Positions 14,561 through 30,130 of a DNA stretch of 64,000 nt are shown piece by piece (position 1 is the first letter of the stretch; every line of letters starts with the position of its first letter). Position numbers and translations under genes: made by a program. Below the pieces are notes generated by a model that ran no database searches, was not told the origin of the DNA, and saw only the letters and a program-made list of their open reading frames with translations. The stretch is from the NCBI RefSeq assembly GCF_009914755.1, contig NC_060940.1, one strand, 5' to 3'. This DNA comes from the human T2T-CHM13v2.0 reference genome, Homo sapiens.

Positions 14561-15741
14561 ACATTGATTTAATATTTTTTTTTCTCAAGTCAAAGAAAAA
14601 TGGCTGTTGTAAAAATGACAAACACTCTGGGGAAACCTCAGGAGTCATCAAATTAAAGAGTAGCATGAAAGAGAAAAAGAGAACCGGTTCGAATATGGAA
14701 GAAATGATGCTGGGGAGGCTTTTTTCTGACTCTGCTGTGAACTCAAATTATTAAAGAGCTTACAAATGATCAAAACCCATAAAATCAGTTGCTGATGGCA
14801 TTCTACCTTACAGTTTCCCATAAAGTGTATATAAGGTTTTTGGAGGTTGGGGAGATGCTACTGATAAGGGCTACAAGCCAGTTCACTTACATTTTGAGTC
14901 CACACAGAAGTTGTATACCAGTCGGAAACTCTGCTTTGCCATCTGAAAATACGATGAGTACAGTCCAGTAGATGGCATTACTAGGATTAACTAAAGGATG
15001 TCAAAGCAACTAGTCTAGTGCCTGGCAGAAGTAGTTGGAGCTCAGTAAATGTTAGTCGTGGTCTCTCCTTTATCCCTCCCCCAGTGGAAGGTATGGTGTC
15101 AGAGACATGAACCATGTCTTATTCATCTTTCTGTGGATGACATCTAGAAAAGGAATTCAGGGTGAGCAAATATCAGTGCATCTTCCCTGAATGAATCAAT
15201 GAATCAATGAATGTGTTTCCATGGCTCTAACAGCACTGGGAAATCCAGACATCAGAAAGAGTTATGAGGCAAGAATATGTTGCAAACGTAAGACTGTTGG
15301 GGAATTGAAGTGGTCTTCATTAATAAATTTATAGAAAATCAAATCTTGCTTCCTTAAACTCTGGGACAATGTCACAGTTTAATTTTTGACAATCAAAACC
15401 TTTTTTAAAATAACTATTCCTTACCTCCTTGGGTTCTCCAATAATGTGCTGATGAGAATGTAATCTTTCTTCTAACTTCAAGCTGTCATGAATACATGAT
15501 TCTTAAGTGATGTAATTTAGTAATGTTTACTGTGAGGAGCCTAGTGCTGGGTTTGGCAGTTTTCTCCCCTCTCTTCCTGCTAAATGGTCTCCAACTGCTG
15601 TGTTTTGATTTCTTCTTTTGATTTTAATGGTCTCTGTTCCTTCCCTCAAATTTAACTTCCAGTTCCTACTGCTTTCAGGTCTTACCTCAATTAGTCTTCC
15701 TAATTGCTCTTGCAGAGCTGGAAATTTGGTAGCCAAGTTTT

Positions 15742-16230
15742 TCAGGTATCTATTACTGCATAACAAAATTCAAATGCATTGGTTTGAAACAGTTTTTTAA
15801 TGTAGCTCATGGTTCTGTATGTTGTCTAGGTTAGAAGGCATTCCCTTAAACTGCCTCCCATGGTTCCAATCAGATGGCAGCTGGGGCTGGAGTTACCAGA
15901 AGGCTCAGCTGGACTAGACATCCAGGGCTGCTCATCACACGGCTAACAGTGACGCTGGCTGTCAGCAGCAGGCTTAGCTGGGGTTATGATGAAGGCACCT
16001 ATGCATGGATTTCTTGTGTCTTGAGCTTCTCACGGCTGGGTTCTGAGAAAGAGTAATTCAATAGCATGCATTTCAAAAGATCCAGCTGGTAGGAATAAGC
16101 CTTCATGTGGACTACACTGCATCACTTTCATCCCATTCTGTTGGTCAAAATATGGAAGAAGACAACCCAAGGATGAAATACCAGGAGGTGTGCCTCATTG
16201 GGGAACCGTCTTTGGAGACTGGCACCCATA
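15742..16230 (-). mobile_element. MLT1 (F/G/H-like) MaLR LTR
   Basis: TATCTATTACTGCATAACAAA...GGCAGCTGGGGCTGGAGT...CCATTCTGTTGGTCAAA. Confidence 0.7.
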
Positions 16231-17381
16231 TCAGTTGTTGAAATTAGGTTGAGAACATTGCATAGGGGGTCATCAAGATCTTCTGGAAAAAAAATTGCTG
16301 GATTTCAATGCATAGAATTATGTATTTTATTTTGACTTCTCAAACACTTTTTTCTTCCACCACTTATCTTCCAATTATTTCCCTATCAAGGTTGCCATTT
16401 ACATGATATTTAAATGAGTGAGGTTTGGCAGTACTTAGAAGTCAATGGACTTTCAGGTAAGACTTATTAATGTATTGCATGAATTTGCCATTGCAAAGCG
16501 CTTTTACTATACTAGAATTCCCCATTGAAAAGCACTTTTACTACACTAGCTTGTCTACTTAGCTCTGGTTGTTGGTTACTTCCTTTTTTTTTATGATGGA
16601 AATTAATTTTGCTAACTCAAAGCACATGTTTTTTCTATAAGCTAGAGTTTGGAATAGAGAATGTGTCTGTTTTGTGTATGAGCATTGCTGGTAGATAAGA
16701 GTCCTTATTTTAGGAATTTTTCTAAGCGTTTATCCCCATGGGACCAAATACCAGCTCAGTATAGTAAGAAGAAAAAGAAAATCATTCTTACAGGCTATTT
16801 TGTGTTCTGTAGATCACAAATGAATGAAAAAAAATACTCAGGAGGTAGGTCATCTATGCCCCTTAAGTGGCTGTACTATAGTTCATTTAAAGAACTCTCT
16901 ATTTTTAAATTATTTGCTTACTTGCTTCTCTTCTATAGATAAATCTTTGTGAGTATCCACTCTCTCTTCCTCAGCAAAGATTCGCCATGTTCATTTCTAT
17001 CTTTGGGTCATCCATATAGCAGTCAACAACCACACCATTTGAAACTTCACCAAATTATATAATTTGTATCTTACTTTTTAGAATCCTGTAGCCTTGCACA
17101 TACATTCTGAAACATCTAATTGGTTGATGCAATTCACTGAAGACAGGAGGGTCCCTAGGGCTCTAGTCTTCTCCCCTTGTGCATTGGTCTAAAATTGAAA
17201 TCAGGTTAAAGTAGGGCACTGGGTCCTCTTTAAACTTTCATAGCAGCTTGACTGACTGAGTGGCACAGTGAAGAAAATGCCTGTTTTGTTGCATTGGGCA
17301 AGATGCTTCCGTTCTCTAAGCCTTCGTTTCTTTATCTGTGAAATGGGAAGAATACATTTTCCCTCCAAATGTGATGAAGAT

Positions 17382-17531
17382 GCTGGGCGTGGTGGCTCAC
17401 GCCTGTAATCCCAGCAGTTTGGGAGGCTGAGGAGTGAGGATTACTTGAGCCCAGGAGTTTGAGAGCAGCCAGGGCAACATAGTGAGACCTCATCTCCATA
17501 TTTTTTAAAAAAGTAAAATGAAATTAAATAA
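17382..17531 (+). mobile_element. FLAM_C / Alu left monomer inserted in a MIR
   Basis: Monomer only; perfect TSD AAATGTGATGAAGA (17367-17380, 17532-17545); MIR core immediately upstream (~17260-17365). Confidence 0.88.
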
Positions 17532-17657
17532 AAATGTGATGAAGAAGCTTCCAAACAAAAATGCACACCCAGCCTCTGGTTCAGTGAGCAGCACAACACA
17601 AGTTAATTGCAAAGGTGAGTTCTCTTCTCATCCACTCCCCCAATAAACATATGTATA

Positions 17658-17682
17658 GTGTGTGTGTGTGTGTGTGTGTGTG
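17658..17682. repeat. (TG)n microsatellite
   Basis: Pure GT run. Confidence 0.95.
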
Positions 17683-20064
17683 CAGGCATGCACACATGTC
17701 CGCATTCCATTACCTTATTATATTGGAGGCTGCAGGTGCTTCTAGTCTTGTTGCCCAGGTAAGCACCTCTATTAATCAAAGTCCTGGTAGGGGAGGGATG
17801 CATACTCAGATTGAATGATTTGAGGTGAGTTTATAAAAGGGGCTAGTTTAAAAAGTCAACGTAGGGTTAGGGAAAATTACAAAGCGTAGTGCAGTATCCC
17901 TGAGGTAGGGGACTAGTAATAGTGGAAAGGAAGGGGATGCCTGCTAAGATTTATGGCCAAGTAATTGCATCCAGCCTTGCTGACCTGAAGGGAGGAACCT
18001 GGGAGATCAGGAGCTCCCCCTGCATTTTCTTCCTTCCCTCTAGGTCAGCTGGTGCCTCCCATGAGATGAACCATTACCAAGATCAGGTCATACTGGAGTC
18101 TGAAGCTTGGGCTCATGAGAAGGGCTGTCTTTTTTATTATTTGTTCTCAAACTGAAGTTCACCATGCCTCTAGGGTCTGCAGATACATTGTTGAGATCTC
18201 AGGATTCTCCAACAAATGTTTTATTTCTATCTAGGTGATAACCAAATAAAATTAAAACATTTTGGGATTCACCTTATTACCAAATACTGCCACACAATTC
18301 CTGAGCCTGTTCTTTTGTGTGTGTGTTTCTACTTGAGTTTGGCCCAAAATTGCATTACCGTATATTGTAGAGATGAAGGTTTTGTGGTGAATAGAAAGAA
18401 GTATGTGTGCTCAAAGCAAAAAAATAGTATAGGAAGGCCAACCTGCAAATGTCTTGCACCAGAATTTTTAAGATCACAATCTCTTGTGAGTGGATGTGTT
18501 TCATGGATATCATCTTTGTTTGCATGTGTTAACTTTGTAATGGTTCATGAGCAGTATGTTTAGAGTAAGTTTTTTTTTTTCTGATCCAGTCAAACTAGGA
18601 TTATATGTCCATTTAATTCAGACTCTAAAAAGTGACAAGGCTAACCTCATCTTTCAGTGAACAAGTTAGCTTCATAGAAAATCAAGTGGCCCCCACATAA
18701 GCTGACCTCACTCAATAGAAGAATTTTGGTTATGTATGGGGGCCTTATGACCTGATTATTCTAAAATAGCAAGTAAAAACTGACACATTAATGCCACTCA
18801 ATGCAATATAATTATTGGGGAGTGGACATTTCTATATTACCATCCCTGAGACAAAACACTAAAAGGGATTAAGTGTAAGCCTATACCTGAGACTAGTTTT
18901 CTACTAGTGAACACAATAGTGTCCATTTATTTTTTTAAATCTTTCACTTTAAATTAAGGCAGTTAATTTGGATTTTGTTGGTATATCAGAGCTTGTGTGC
19001 ATTCAATTTGTAAAATCATTTTGATTTTTATAGTTGCATAAGAGCTACAAGCATGAGGGTTTATGTCTACCTCATTGGTCATACATCTTTCACTGAAGAT
19101 GTTAGAAAACTAATGAGTCAACACCAAAGGTCTTCATTCCTCTTCTTCACCAAAAGTTATCCGAGCAACAGTGAAGTTTGAGAAACTGCTGTCAGATAAT
19201 TCTTTCTCTTTGGGACTGGTTTTGGCAATGATCTTCAAAAGTATTACTGTGTTATCAGGTTCCTGCTGCTGGGAAGACAGGACCAGTCACTGTCAGAGAC
19301 CCCAGAAACAGAAAAGAAAAAAAAAAAAAAGTACCCGTAGCTCCACCACCTCCTGCTCCCAGCTCCAAAGTCCCCTTTATGGTGACGAAGGTTCACTTTC
19401 ATCCTTTTGGAAAGTGACAGGCTGCACTGCTTCCCACCTGGGGAGACGTAGAAAAAAGAAAACTCAACTTGTTCTGGAGCAAAGCTGTCAGCCATAGGGA
19501 CCCCTCTCCTTTAGCAAGCTGCCCAGCATTATTGGGAAGTTATCTAAAGTGTCAGAGAAAACACTATTGATTTTTTAGTCTGTTTTGTCAACTAGTCAAT
19601 AAACCTTGCTTTTTCCAGGATATTTTTTCTAGCTCCCTGCCTCTCACCTATCTTCTTTCTCTTATCCTTGTTTCTCTTTCACTTTCTCTCTCTCTTTCTT
19701 TTCCCCTTTTCCTTTTATTTCTTTCCTGCTTTCTTTACAGTGTCAGCAAGCAGGTACAATAACTTCTCATTTATTTAAACTTAGCTAATATCAGATTCAT
19801 GATAATTTATCCACAAAGTTCTTTTTTAAAAAATAAATTGAGGTTGATTTGTATTGAAGAACACTAGCTTCGAAGCTGCTAGAGATGTTAAATATATCCA
19901 TTGCTCATCCTGCCTGTTTGCTTCCCCGTACAGCAGGACTTTGCAGTTCCTTGCAACTCTTCCTTGTTGTTTAAATGATTGCATAAAGAAGGCATTGGCA
20001 GACTCCATCACCATATTTAAAGCTCCTTCCTAAAACCTGAAGGGGTTGTGAGATCACACTTAAG

Positions 20065-20200
20065 TAGAACTCATTCTATGCCAGGCACTGTTCTCAGTGC
20101 TTTACATATGGTAACTCATTTAATTTCTGCAACAACTTTATAAGGTAAATTCTATTCTTATCACCATTTTATACATGAGGAAACTGAGGGGCTAAGATGT
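20065..20200 (-). mobile_element. MIR fragment
   Basis: TATGCCAGGCACTGTTCT...CATTTTATACATGAGGAAACTGAGG. Confidence 0.8.
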
Positions 20201-20699
20201 TTCTTCCAACCCTCTACTTGCTGAGGAAGGCCTATGCTAAATCATCTAAGACCAATATTTGACTGCCAGCTATTTAGTTTTCCCCAGAACTGATTCCACA
20301 GGGCAGAAATGACGATGGCTGTCATAATGTCTCATTATTAGGCATGCAGGCCACATACCCAGTGTGTCTGGCCTGTGTCATGCCAGTGTGTACAGGGGTA
20401 ACACAGCCCTTGGCTTCTCCCAGGGCCAAGAACAACTAACTAACTACACTCTTCCTTACCTCCCCAGTTCCTCTCTTTTCCTGGCATTTTCCTTTAATCC
20501 TACAAACATGCTCAAGTTTGTCTGATTACTTTCTCTCCCTTTTTGTCCCCACTCCCTCACCTCCAAGTGACAGCCTTATGTTGGTAAGGATGGGTTAGGC
20601 TTTGCTGTAGAAACAATAAAGCAATCTTTGTGGCTTCAAATAACAAAGATTATTTCTTGCCCATGTCAAACGTCCATTAGGGTCACCCGGGACTCTGCT

Positions 20700-21052
20700 T
20701 GATATGGTTTGGCCATGTCCCCACCCAAATTTCATCTTGAATTGTAGCTCCCATAATTTCCACATGTTGTGGGACGGACTCAGGAGATAATTGAATCACA
20801 GTTTCCCCCATACTGTTCTCGTGATAGTGAATAAGTCTCACGAGAGCTGATGATTTTATAAGGGGTTTCCCCTTTCTCTTGGTCCTCATTCTTTCTTGCC
20901 TGCCACCATGTAAGATGTGCCTTTTGCCTTCTGCCATGATTGTGAGGCCTTCCCACGCATGTGGAACTGTAAGTTTATTAAACCTTTTTTTCTTTATAAA
21001 TTACCCAGTCTCAGGTATGTCTTTATCAGCAGCATGAAAACAGACTAATGCA
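20700..21052 (+). mobile_element. THE1C-like MaLR solo LTR nested in an older MLT1 fragment (~20580-21110)
   Basis: TGATATGGTTTGGC...AGACTAATGCA; TSD CTGCT/TTGCT (4 of 5 match). Confidence 0.88.
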
Positions 21053-21166
21053 TTGCTCTTCCCAGTTGGGAAGAGCCCTAAGCTAATGGAGTCTCTATCT
21101 TGACAAATTCTTCAGGAATTACTCTGGTGAGGCAGGGATAAGGAGGTATGAGAATAGCTAGCTCCT

Positions 21167-21255
21167 CTTTTTTTTTTTTTTTTTTTTTGCTATCTTAGCC
21201 ATTTTTAAGTGTACAGTTCAGTAGTGTTAAGTATATTCACATTGCTGTACGTCTA
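21167..21255 (-). mobile_element. L1MB-like extreme 3' end with poly(T)
   Basis: Poly(T) followed by CCATTTTTAAGTGTACAGTTCAGTAGTGTTAAGTATATTCACATTG. Confidence 0.7.
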
Positions 21256-21787
21256 TCCATGTGATTCTTAAAGACTAAAAATATTGGTAGTACTTTCCCT
21301 TTCTCTCATGTTTCAAGTTCAAAGGAAAAAATTTGTAACTTTCACAAGCCAAGGATTCAACAAACGTCAAGATCTTAGTAGCTCTGTGCGTTTCTTCTTT
21401 GATCTTCTAATGGAGTTTCGTATCAGTGATGTGTGAACAAAGAAATGCTAAGTGTGAGTCATCATATTCACATTTAGTTTAATACTACATATTTATGTTA
21501 ATTGACAATATGTATATAAGAAGAAAATTGTTATTTAGAGTTTCAACTGTGTTCTAAAGAGAGAAGATGTTGGAAAATGGCTCTGTATTTTTCAGGGTAT
21601 TTTGATTCATTTTGGAATTAAGGTTTGAAGGTAAGAGATGATATGTTGAATTTATCTCCTCCTTCTGTCATTTCTCCACTCCTCCTCCCTCCCTCCCTGC
21701 CTCTCTATTTTCTTTTCCTTTCTTTCTTCCTTCTCTTTTATGCATAAATACATATGGAGCTTTAAGCATGTTAAAATATGAGTTCTT

Positions 21788-22080
21788 GCCAGGCGCAGTG
21801 GCTCACACCTGCAATCCCAGCAACTGGGGAGGCAGGGGCAGGAGATTCACCTGAGGTCAGGAGTTTGAGACCAGCCTAGCCAAAATGACAAAACCCTGTC
21901 TCTAATAAAAATACAAAAATTAGCTGGGCGTGGTGGCTCTTGCCTGTAGTCCCAGCTACTTGGAAGGCTGAGGCACAATAATTGCTTGAACCTGGAAGGA
22001 GGAGGTTGCGGTTCAGCTGAGATAGCACCACAGCACTTAAGCCCGGACAACAGAGCAAGATTCTGTCAAAAAAAAAAAAA
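21788..22080 (+). mobile_element. AluS
   Basis: Full dimer with A-tail. Confidence 0.93.
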
Positions 22081-23356
22081 GTTTTTAGATAAGTTGGGAA
22101 TAACACAGGAAACCAGGCAGACAAGGAACCTTTGAAAGTCTACATTTCTAATGGGTGAAGAAAAGTAAATTCATAAGCTAAAAAGGCAAGAGACTGTCTG
22201 ACAGAAAGGAGAAATTTAAATAGAACCATGTGACAGAGCATGGCCAACTGTCCACATGAGTCTGAGAGGCAAAGGAGAGCCTCTCCAAGAAGCTATCCCT
22301 TGAGCTGAGACCTTAGAAAAAAGATAACCCAGCAAGAACCACATTTAAGCAATGGTAGGCACAGAAACAATGGTTGGGATGAACATGATGCATTTACAAA
22401 ACAGAAAAAGGCCGGACTATCTGGAGAGAGGGAAGTGAGGAAGGATGTTGGCATACCAAGGACGTTCGTGCTCTCATGTTTTGAAAATGATATTTAAGCA
22501 AAGTATTGAAGCTGAGCACAGCGATGGCCCTCCCTGAAATTCTCTGAAACCAACAAATCATCTTTGAAAAGAAGAAAATAATTAAGGCACTGGCTATTTT
22601 CTTCAGGTGGCTTTGTCCCAAACATTTTCTCCAACTATGAGATGACATTTGATTCACCCTTATGAAACAGACATGAGACGGGTAATACTGCACGGGAGGT
22701 CTGAGAGGGTGCTACCCTTCCTCTGAAATGATCATAAACATCATTTTGTGAGTCCAAACTAGCAGGCTTGATTCAGCAAGTGCAAGCTTACTCACTTGAA
22801 GCAACAGGGTACTGGAATATAGACTGTCTGAGCAGATCTAGTACAAACGGTCCTTGTATTTTAAAATGAACATTTGTTAAAATGTCTTTTCAAGTTATGT
22901 TTCATTAAAGTATTTTCCTCTTATTACAAAGGAAACATGTTTATTGTAGCCTAAAGCAGAAACTAATGAGAAAAACAGACTATCCCATCCAGAGCTCACC
23001 AGAATCAACCTATGTGTGCATAGCCTCCTCAATCCATTCTACATTACTTCTTCCTCAAAATTAGATTATGTTTTATTAACTCATCCTTGCATTCAATCAA
23101 CAAGTATTTATTCAACCCCTATGGTGAGTCATATGCCTAGGATACAGGCTTGAACAAAACAGATATTACCGTTGAGCTCATGGAGAAATTAGCAAGGAAG
23201 ACAAGTTTTTTTAAAAAACTCCAGACTTTCAGTTTTACAACAGTAAACATATTTTACTTCATTCTTCCTTTAGATATCATTTCAAAACAACAAAAAGAGA
23301 AATTTAAATGCCTACTTCATTTTTGAAGATGCTAAAAAAAATTTGTAGTTCAAAAT

Positions 23357-23384
23357 ACACACACACACACACACACACACACAC
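23357..23384. repeat. (CA)n microsatellite
   Basis: Pure CA run. Confidence 0.95.
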
Positions 23385-23799
23385 GGCTTCCAAATGTGGC
23401 AAAGTTCATCAGAAAAAGGAAGAGAACAAGGGTTACTATATGCAGAAAGTTTTCCAAAATCAGAGTTACAATCTGAAGAAAATAATCGTCTATTCATCTT
23501 TTTCAGTATCAGAAGTGATGTGTAGAGAATAACTAGTGCCTCTTCTTTCTGCTTAGCCCAATAGATAAGTGGTCGGTGGAAACAAAATAAAACACACACG
23601 CATAAACCCACATACACCTATGCACATGCATGCATGCCATATTTGTAGGAAGCTATTTATCAACAAGGCAAGGTGAAGAGAGCCCTGAAGCAGAAGTAAT
23701 ACTTTAGGTGCTGATCTTGGTTGTCTGGCCTTAAAAAAAATAATAAATTACCAAAAGTCATTCTGGGAGTGAAACAAAATGTAAGTATATTAACTACTA

Positions 23800-23925
23800 A
23801 TGAATGTTGTTCAATAATAATTGAAAAAAACCTCTTCAGAAAATTACTGGACTCAGATGATTTTGAAGGGGAGTTTTACCAAAAGTTAAAGGATCAGACT
23901 ACTTCTATACTATTTAACCTCTTAC
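23800..23925 (+). mobile_element. Ancient L1 ORF2 remnant
   Basis: Translation DSDDFEGEFYQKLKDQTTSILFNL resembles ORF2 [24 protein letters not shown]. Confidence 0.65.
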
Positions 23926-24529
23926 ACAGGTGGCCCATACACCTGTTTAATCAGCAGCCCTCAGCATAGCATTTTAAATAAAATCACTACCATATTATAA
24001 TTCCACCTAAAAAGTAACAATAATTTCTTAATATAATCCAGTATCGAGTCGGTGTTGAAACTTACTCAATTGTCCCATGAATGTGTTTTAACACACTTTT
24101 TCTAGCATAGCTGTTTTAATCTGCTTTTCAGGTTTAATAATCATTAACTTTTAATATCATTAATGCATTTCTATGATAATAATTATTCAGTAATCACCAT
24201 CCTAATGAAGGAATAGTATTTAGCATACGGATAAACTGTAAGTGATGTCAATATTTGCCGTTTTTGTTACTTCAAAGGAAACCCAACTAAGCTGTTCAGT
24301 AGCTAAACATGTTTGCATGTTTACATTCTTAAGTCCTATTTCTGCAAGTGTAAATGATACACAAGGAGTATTTTTCTCTCCTAAAATTTTTAAAATACAT
24401 TTTCTCCTAGAGTTGTTATATATGTAAGTGCCTTTGTCTCAGACCTAGCTAGCACTACTATTGGTTTATCAGTTTTTTTAATATCTACATGAATCATAGG
24501 AAACTACATCTAATTTTTCTTTTAAAAAA

Positions 24530-25525
24530 AGTAATTTTTAATTATTATGGACATATGATAGTTGTAAATAATTATGGGCACATGTGAAATTTTGACACAA
24601 GCATACAATGTGTAATGATCAAATCAGGGTAATTGGGATATTCGTCACCTCAAGCATTTATCATTTCTTTGTATTAGTAACATTCCAATTCCACTCTTTT
24701 TGTTACTTTGAAATATACAATAAATCATTGTTAACTATAGTCACCCTATCGTTACCAAATACTAGATCATATTCCTTCTATCTAGCTGTATTTTTGTATC
24801 CGTTAACCATCCTCTGTTTATTTCCCCCTCCTCACTGCCGTTCCCAACTCTGGTAACCATCCTTCTACTCTCTTATCTCTGTGAGTTCAATTTTTTTTTT
24901 TTTTTAAGCTCCCACATATGAGTGAGAACATGCAATATTTGTCTTTCTGTGTCTGGCTTATTTCACTTTCACTTCCCAGATTCCAGATCCATCCATGATG
25001 TTATAAACGACAGGATTTAATTCTCTTATATGGCTGATTAATAGTCTATTGTGTCTGTACCAGGTTTTCTTTATCCATTCATCTGTTGATGGACACTTAG
25101 GTGGCTTCCAAATCTTGGCTATTGTGAACAATGCTGCAAAACACATGGCCATGCGGATATCTCTTCGATATACTGATTTCCTTTCTTTTGAGTGTGTGCC
25201 CAGTGGTGGAATTGCTGATTCATGCGGCAGTTCTATTTTTAGTTTTTTGAGAAACTCTGTGCTGGTTTTTATCGAGGCGCTAATGATTCGCATTCCCACC
25301 AATAGTGTACAAGGGTTCCTTTTTCTCGCATCCTCGTCAGCATCTGTTATTGCCTATGTACTTCATAAACAGCATTTTGACGGGGGTGAGAGCATATCTC
25401 ATTGTGGTTTTGATTAGCATTTCTCTGATGATTCGTGGTGTTAAGAGTTTTATCCTATACCTGTTGGCCCTTTGTATGTCTTCTTTTGAGAAATGTCTAT
25501 TCAGATCTTTTGCTCATTTTTAATT
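24530..25525 (-). mobile_element. L1MA4/5-like 3' end
   Basis: GCATACAATGTGTAATGATCAAATCAGGGTAATTGGGATAT 3'UTR; antisense ORF2 C-terminal peptide KLKIELP...FTIAKIWKPPKCPSTDEWIKK. Confidence 0.85.
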
Positions 25526-25973
25526 GTTTTTGTTTAGTGTATATTCCTTCCTTAATGAGACTGACCTCTTTGATATATGCTTATTAGCCATTTGGATTTC
25601 TTCTTTTTATTTGTCCATTTTCCCCCTTCTAGAAGTTTATTCTTAGACTTACCAATTTGGGTGTTACTTTGATTCTCAATATTCCGCTTAGAAAATAAAA
25701 CCAACATGGTCAAGCTATAGAAGGATATGCTAAGAGGGGCCAGGGCCCTTTGTAGATATCGTTGAGGTTTTTAGAGAAATGAGTTCTCTGCAAGAACAAG
25801 TATTCAAGAAGTTTTAATGCTTTGGAGAAGCTGTCACTGGAGAGATTCCAAACTAAATGTGAAAATAAACCAGGGAGTTTTAAAATTTCTTGGTATCTTG
25901 AGATCTTCCTGTTAAGGAAAGATGGCTGTTTAAAAAACAGGTATCCAATTCCTCAAAACTCTGAAAATTATAG

Positions 25974-26444
<471 letters not shown>

Positions 26445-26446
26445 TA

Positions 26447-26632
26447 GGAGATGAGAGAGAGAAATAAAGAAAACAGAAAGGCAGAGTCAGATATAGAGAG
26501 AATGGAAATGGAAAGAAGGAGAGAAACATGGAGAGAAAGAGAAGGAGGAAGGAAGGGAGAGAAGGCAGGAGGAGCAGAGACGGGAAGACAGAGATAAAGA
26601 GAAAGAAAGAGAGGGAGACAGAAAGGGAAAAA
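26447..26632. repeat. GA-rich low-complexity polypurine tract
   Basis: Almost exclusively G/A on the + strand. Confidence 0.85.
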
Positions 26633-26649
26633 ACCCTTCATTAACTCAT

Positions 26650-27060
26650 ATATTGGCCTGAGTCACTGGATATGATTTGTATGACGTTGAATTTAGTATT
26701 TTTGTTTAAACTTCCCCCTGTCCTCCTTTTTTCAGGGGTGGATTTCTTTAGCCTCTAAAAATATTTACATAAAATCGGTATCAGGTTTTTTTCATGTTAG
26801 CTGAGTGCCATTGTTGAATTCCAAGATACAAAACCAAAGAAGGATAGAGTGATAGCCTTGAATTAAAGCCCTCTCAAGGGTGACTTTCCGGAACACCACT
26901 CAGAACATGAGCAAGAAAGCTGCAGATGTGCAGCCTCTGTGCACAAACCGCCCTCCCTGGTTTTCAGAATGTATCACCCTTCCCGTAAGCACTTCCTGAA
27001 GGCAGTGTGGATTCCAATGTTTATTGACAATGTCACTGGATTTGCGGTTAATGCTGTTTC
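26650..27060. promoter_or_regulatory. Candidate cytokine-responsive enhancer (AP-1/STAT/ETS/RUNX motifs)
   Basis: TGAGTCA 26659-26665; TTCCCGTAA 26980-26988; CACTTCCTG 26990-26998; AACCGC and TGCGGTT. Confidence 0.35.
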
Positions 27061-27487
27061 TTTTAAGTGCTTGGGTGAAAATAAGAAAAATAGTGAACAA
27101 GTCTTGAGCAGGTAAGATGAATTAGGCATTGCATTAAATTGTGTCTTCACACGAAACAGAATGTTTTTATTCTGTAATCTCAATTTCCAGTGCTTGCATC
27201 CCCAAACTTTAATCTCACTTCATAGAAGGCCCAAATCTACGTGACCCATCAGGAGTATCACTTAAGAGTGCAAATCTAACAAGAAATCTAGGATAATTCC
27301 TTGAACTCTAAATTCTATGAAACTAATAATGATTGCCCATATTCCGTCTGAAGAAAAACAACCAAACATAAAAGACTACTCAGTTAGCTTGATTATAGAA
27401 TGGTTTCACAAAGATAAATATGTTCCATTCTGGGGTTAACCCCTGGATTCTGTTTTAAGACAAAGTAGATTAAAAATACTTTTACAG

Positions 27488-28522
<1,035 letters not shown>

Positions 28523-28576
28523 AAACATACTTTTATAGATTGTCTATGGCCCATATGGCTTCTAAAGAATATCATA

Positions 28577-28893
<317 letters not shown>

Positions 28894-29122
28894 TTATTCT
28901 CTGAGAACCTTCAAAATCCTCTCCTCATGCAAGAAAAAACTATCCCCAAGTAGAATTCTTAAAAATTATGTAACATATGTCTCCATTAGTCTTCCTCTAG
29001 TACATATTTGGCATTATCATAGAATCAGTCCCTGTTTAAAGAGACTCACCTAAAGGAAGTAGGGAGACAGAGCCCCAAACCCAGTGTTCTTCCTGTTCCC
29101 CTTATACTGTTCAGACCCCTAA

Positions 29123-29576
<454 letters not shown>

Positions 29577-29654
29577 GACTTTTTTTTTTTTTTTTAAGTA
29601 AGCACAGATAATAGATGACTCCACAGAGTGTGAAGTAGATAGGACTGTCTGCAT

Positions 29655-30130
29655 TTCACATCTACCAGAAGCAGACCCAGGAAAAACAATTCAAGTACAA
29701 GTAGAGTTTAATTAAGAGTTAAAGAAAATATGAGACAGTGGGTGGGGAAGTAAGACAGGCAAAATAAGTGACACAATAAAGGGTGTGTTGTCATGTCAGT
29801 TATCCTGGTGAAAGACTGCGGCTTAGTTAACCTCCCTGGAGACTCTCTGGCAGCCAAAGTAGAACATGCACCTCCATGTTACCCCATCTGAGGGGTGAGG
29901 ACAATGGGGTATTTATACACCAACTCCGCTCTACCATTGTTTGAGGGATGCTTGTGAATGATGTTAATTCTCAGGTCTTCCAGCCTGCCACAGAGTGCTC
30001 AACACCGACACTGGTAGCTAAAGAAAGCTCCCGTGGGTAATGAAGTGCAGGTGCTGGTGGGTGGAAGTCTGACCAGCTTTTGCAGAGGCATTAAAGATGA
30101 GGGAATATGGGCAGAACATCTACAACTTCT
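29655..30130 (-). mobile_element. LTR33-like ancient ERVL LTR
   Basis: CCAGAAGCAGACCC...AATAAAGGGTGTGTT...GGGGTATTTATACACCAACTCC...GGGAATATGGGCAG. Confidence 0.65.

Noticed and set aside
17770-18100. Possible ancient LTR fragment
   Set aside because: Resemblance too weak to assign family or boundaries
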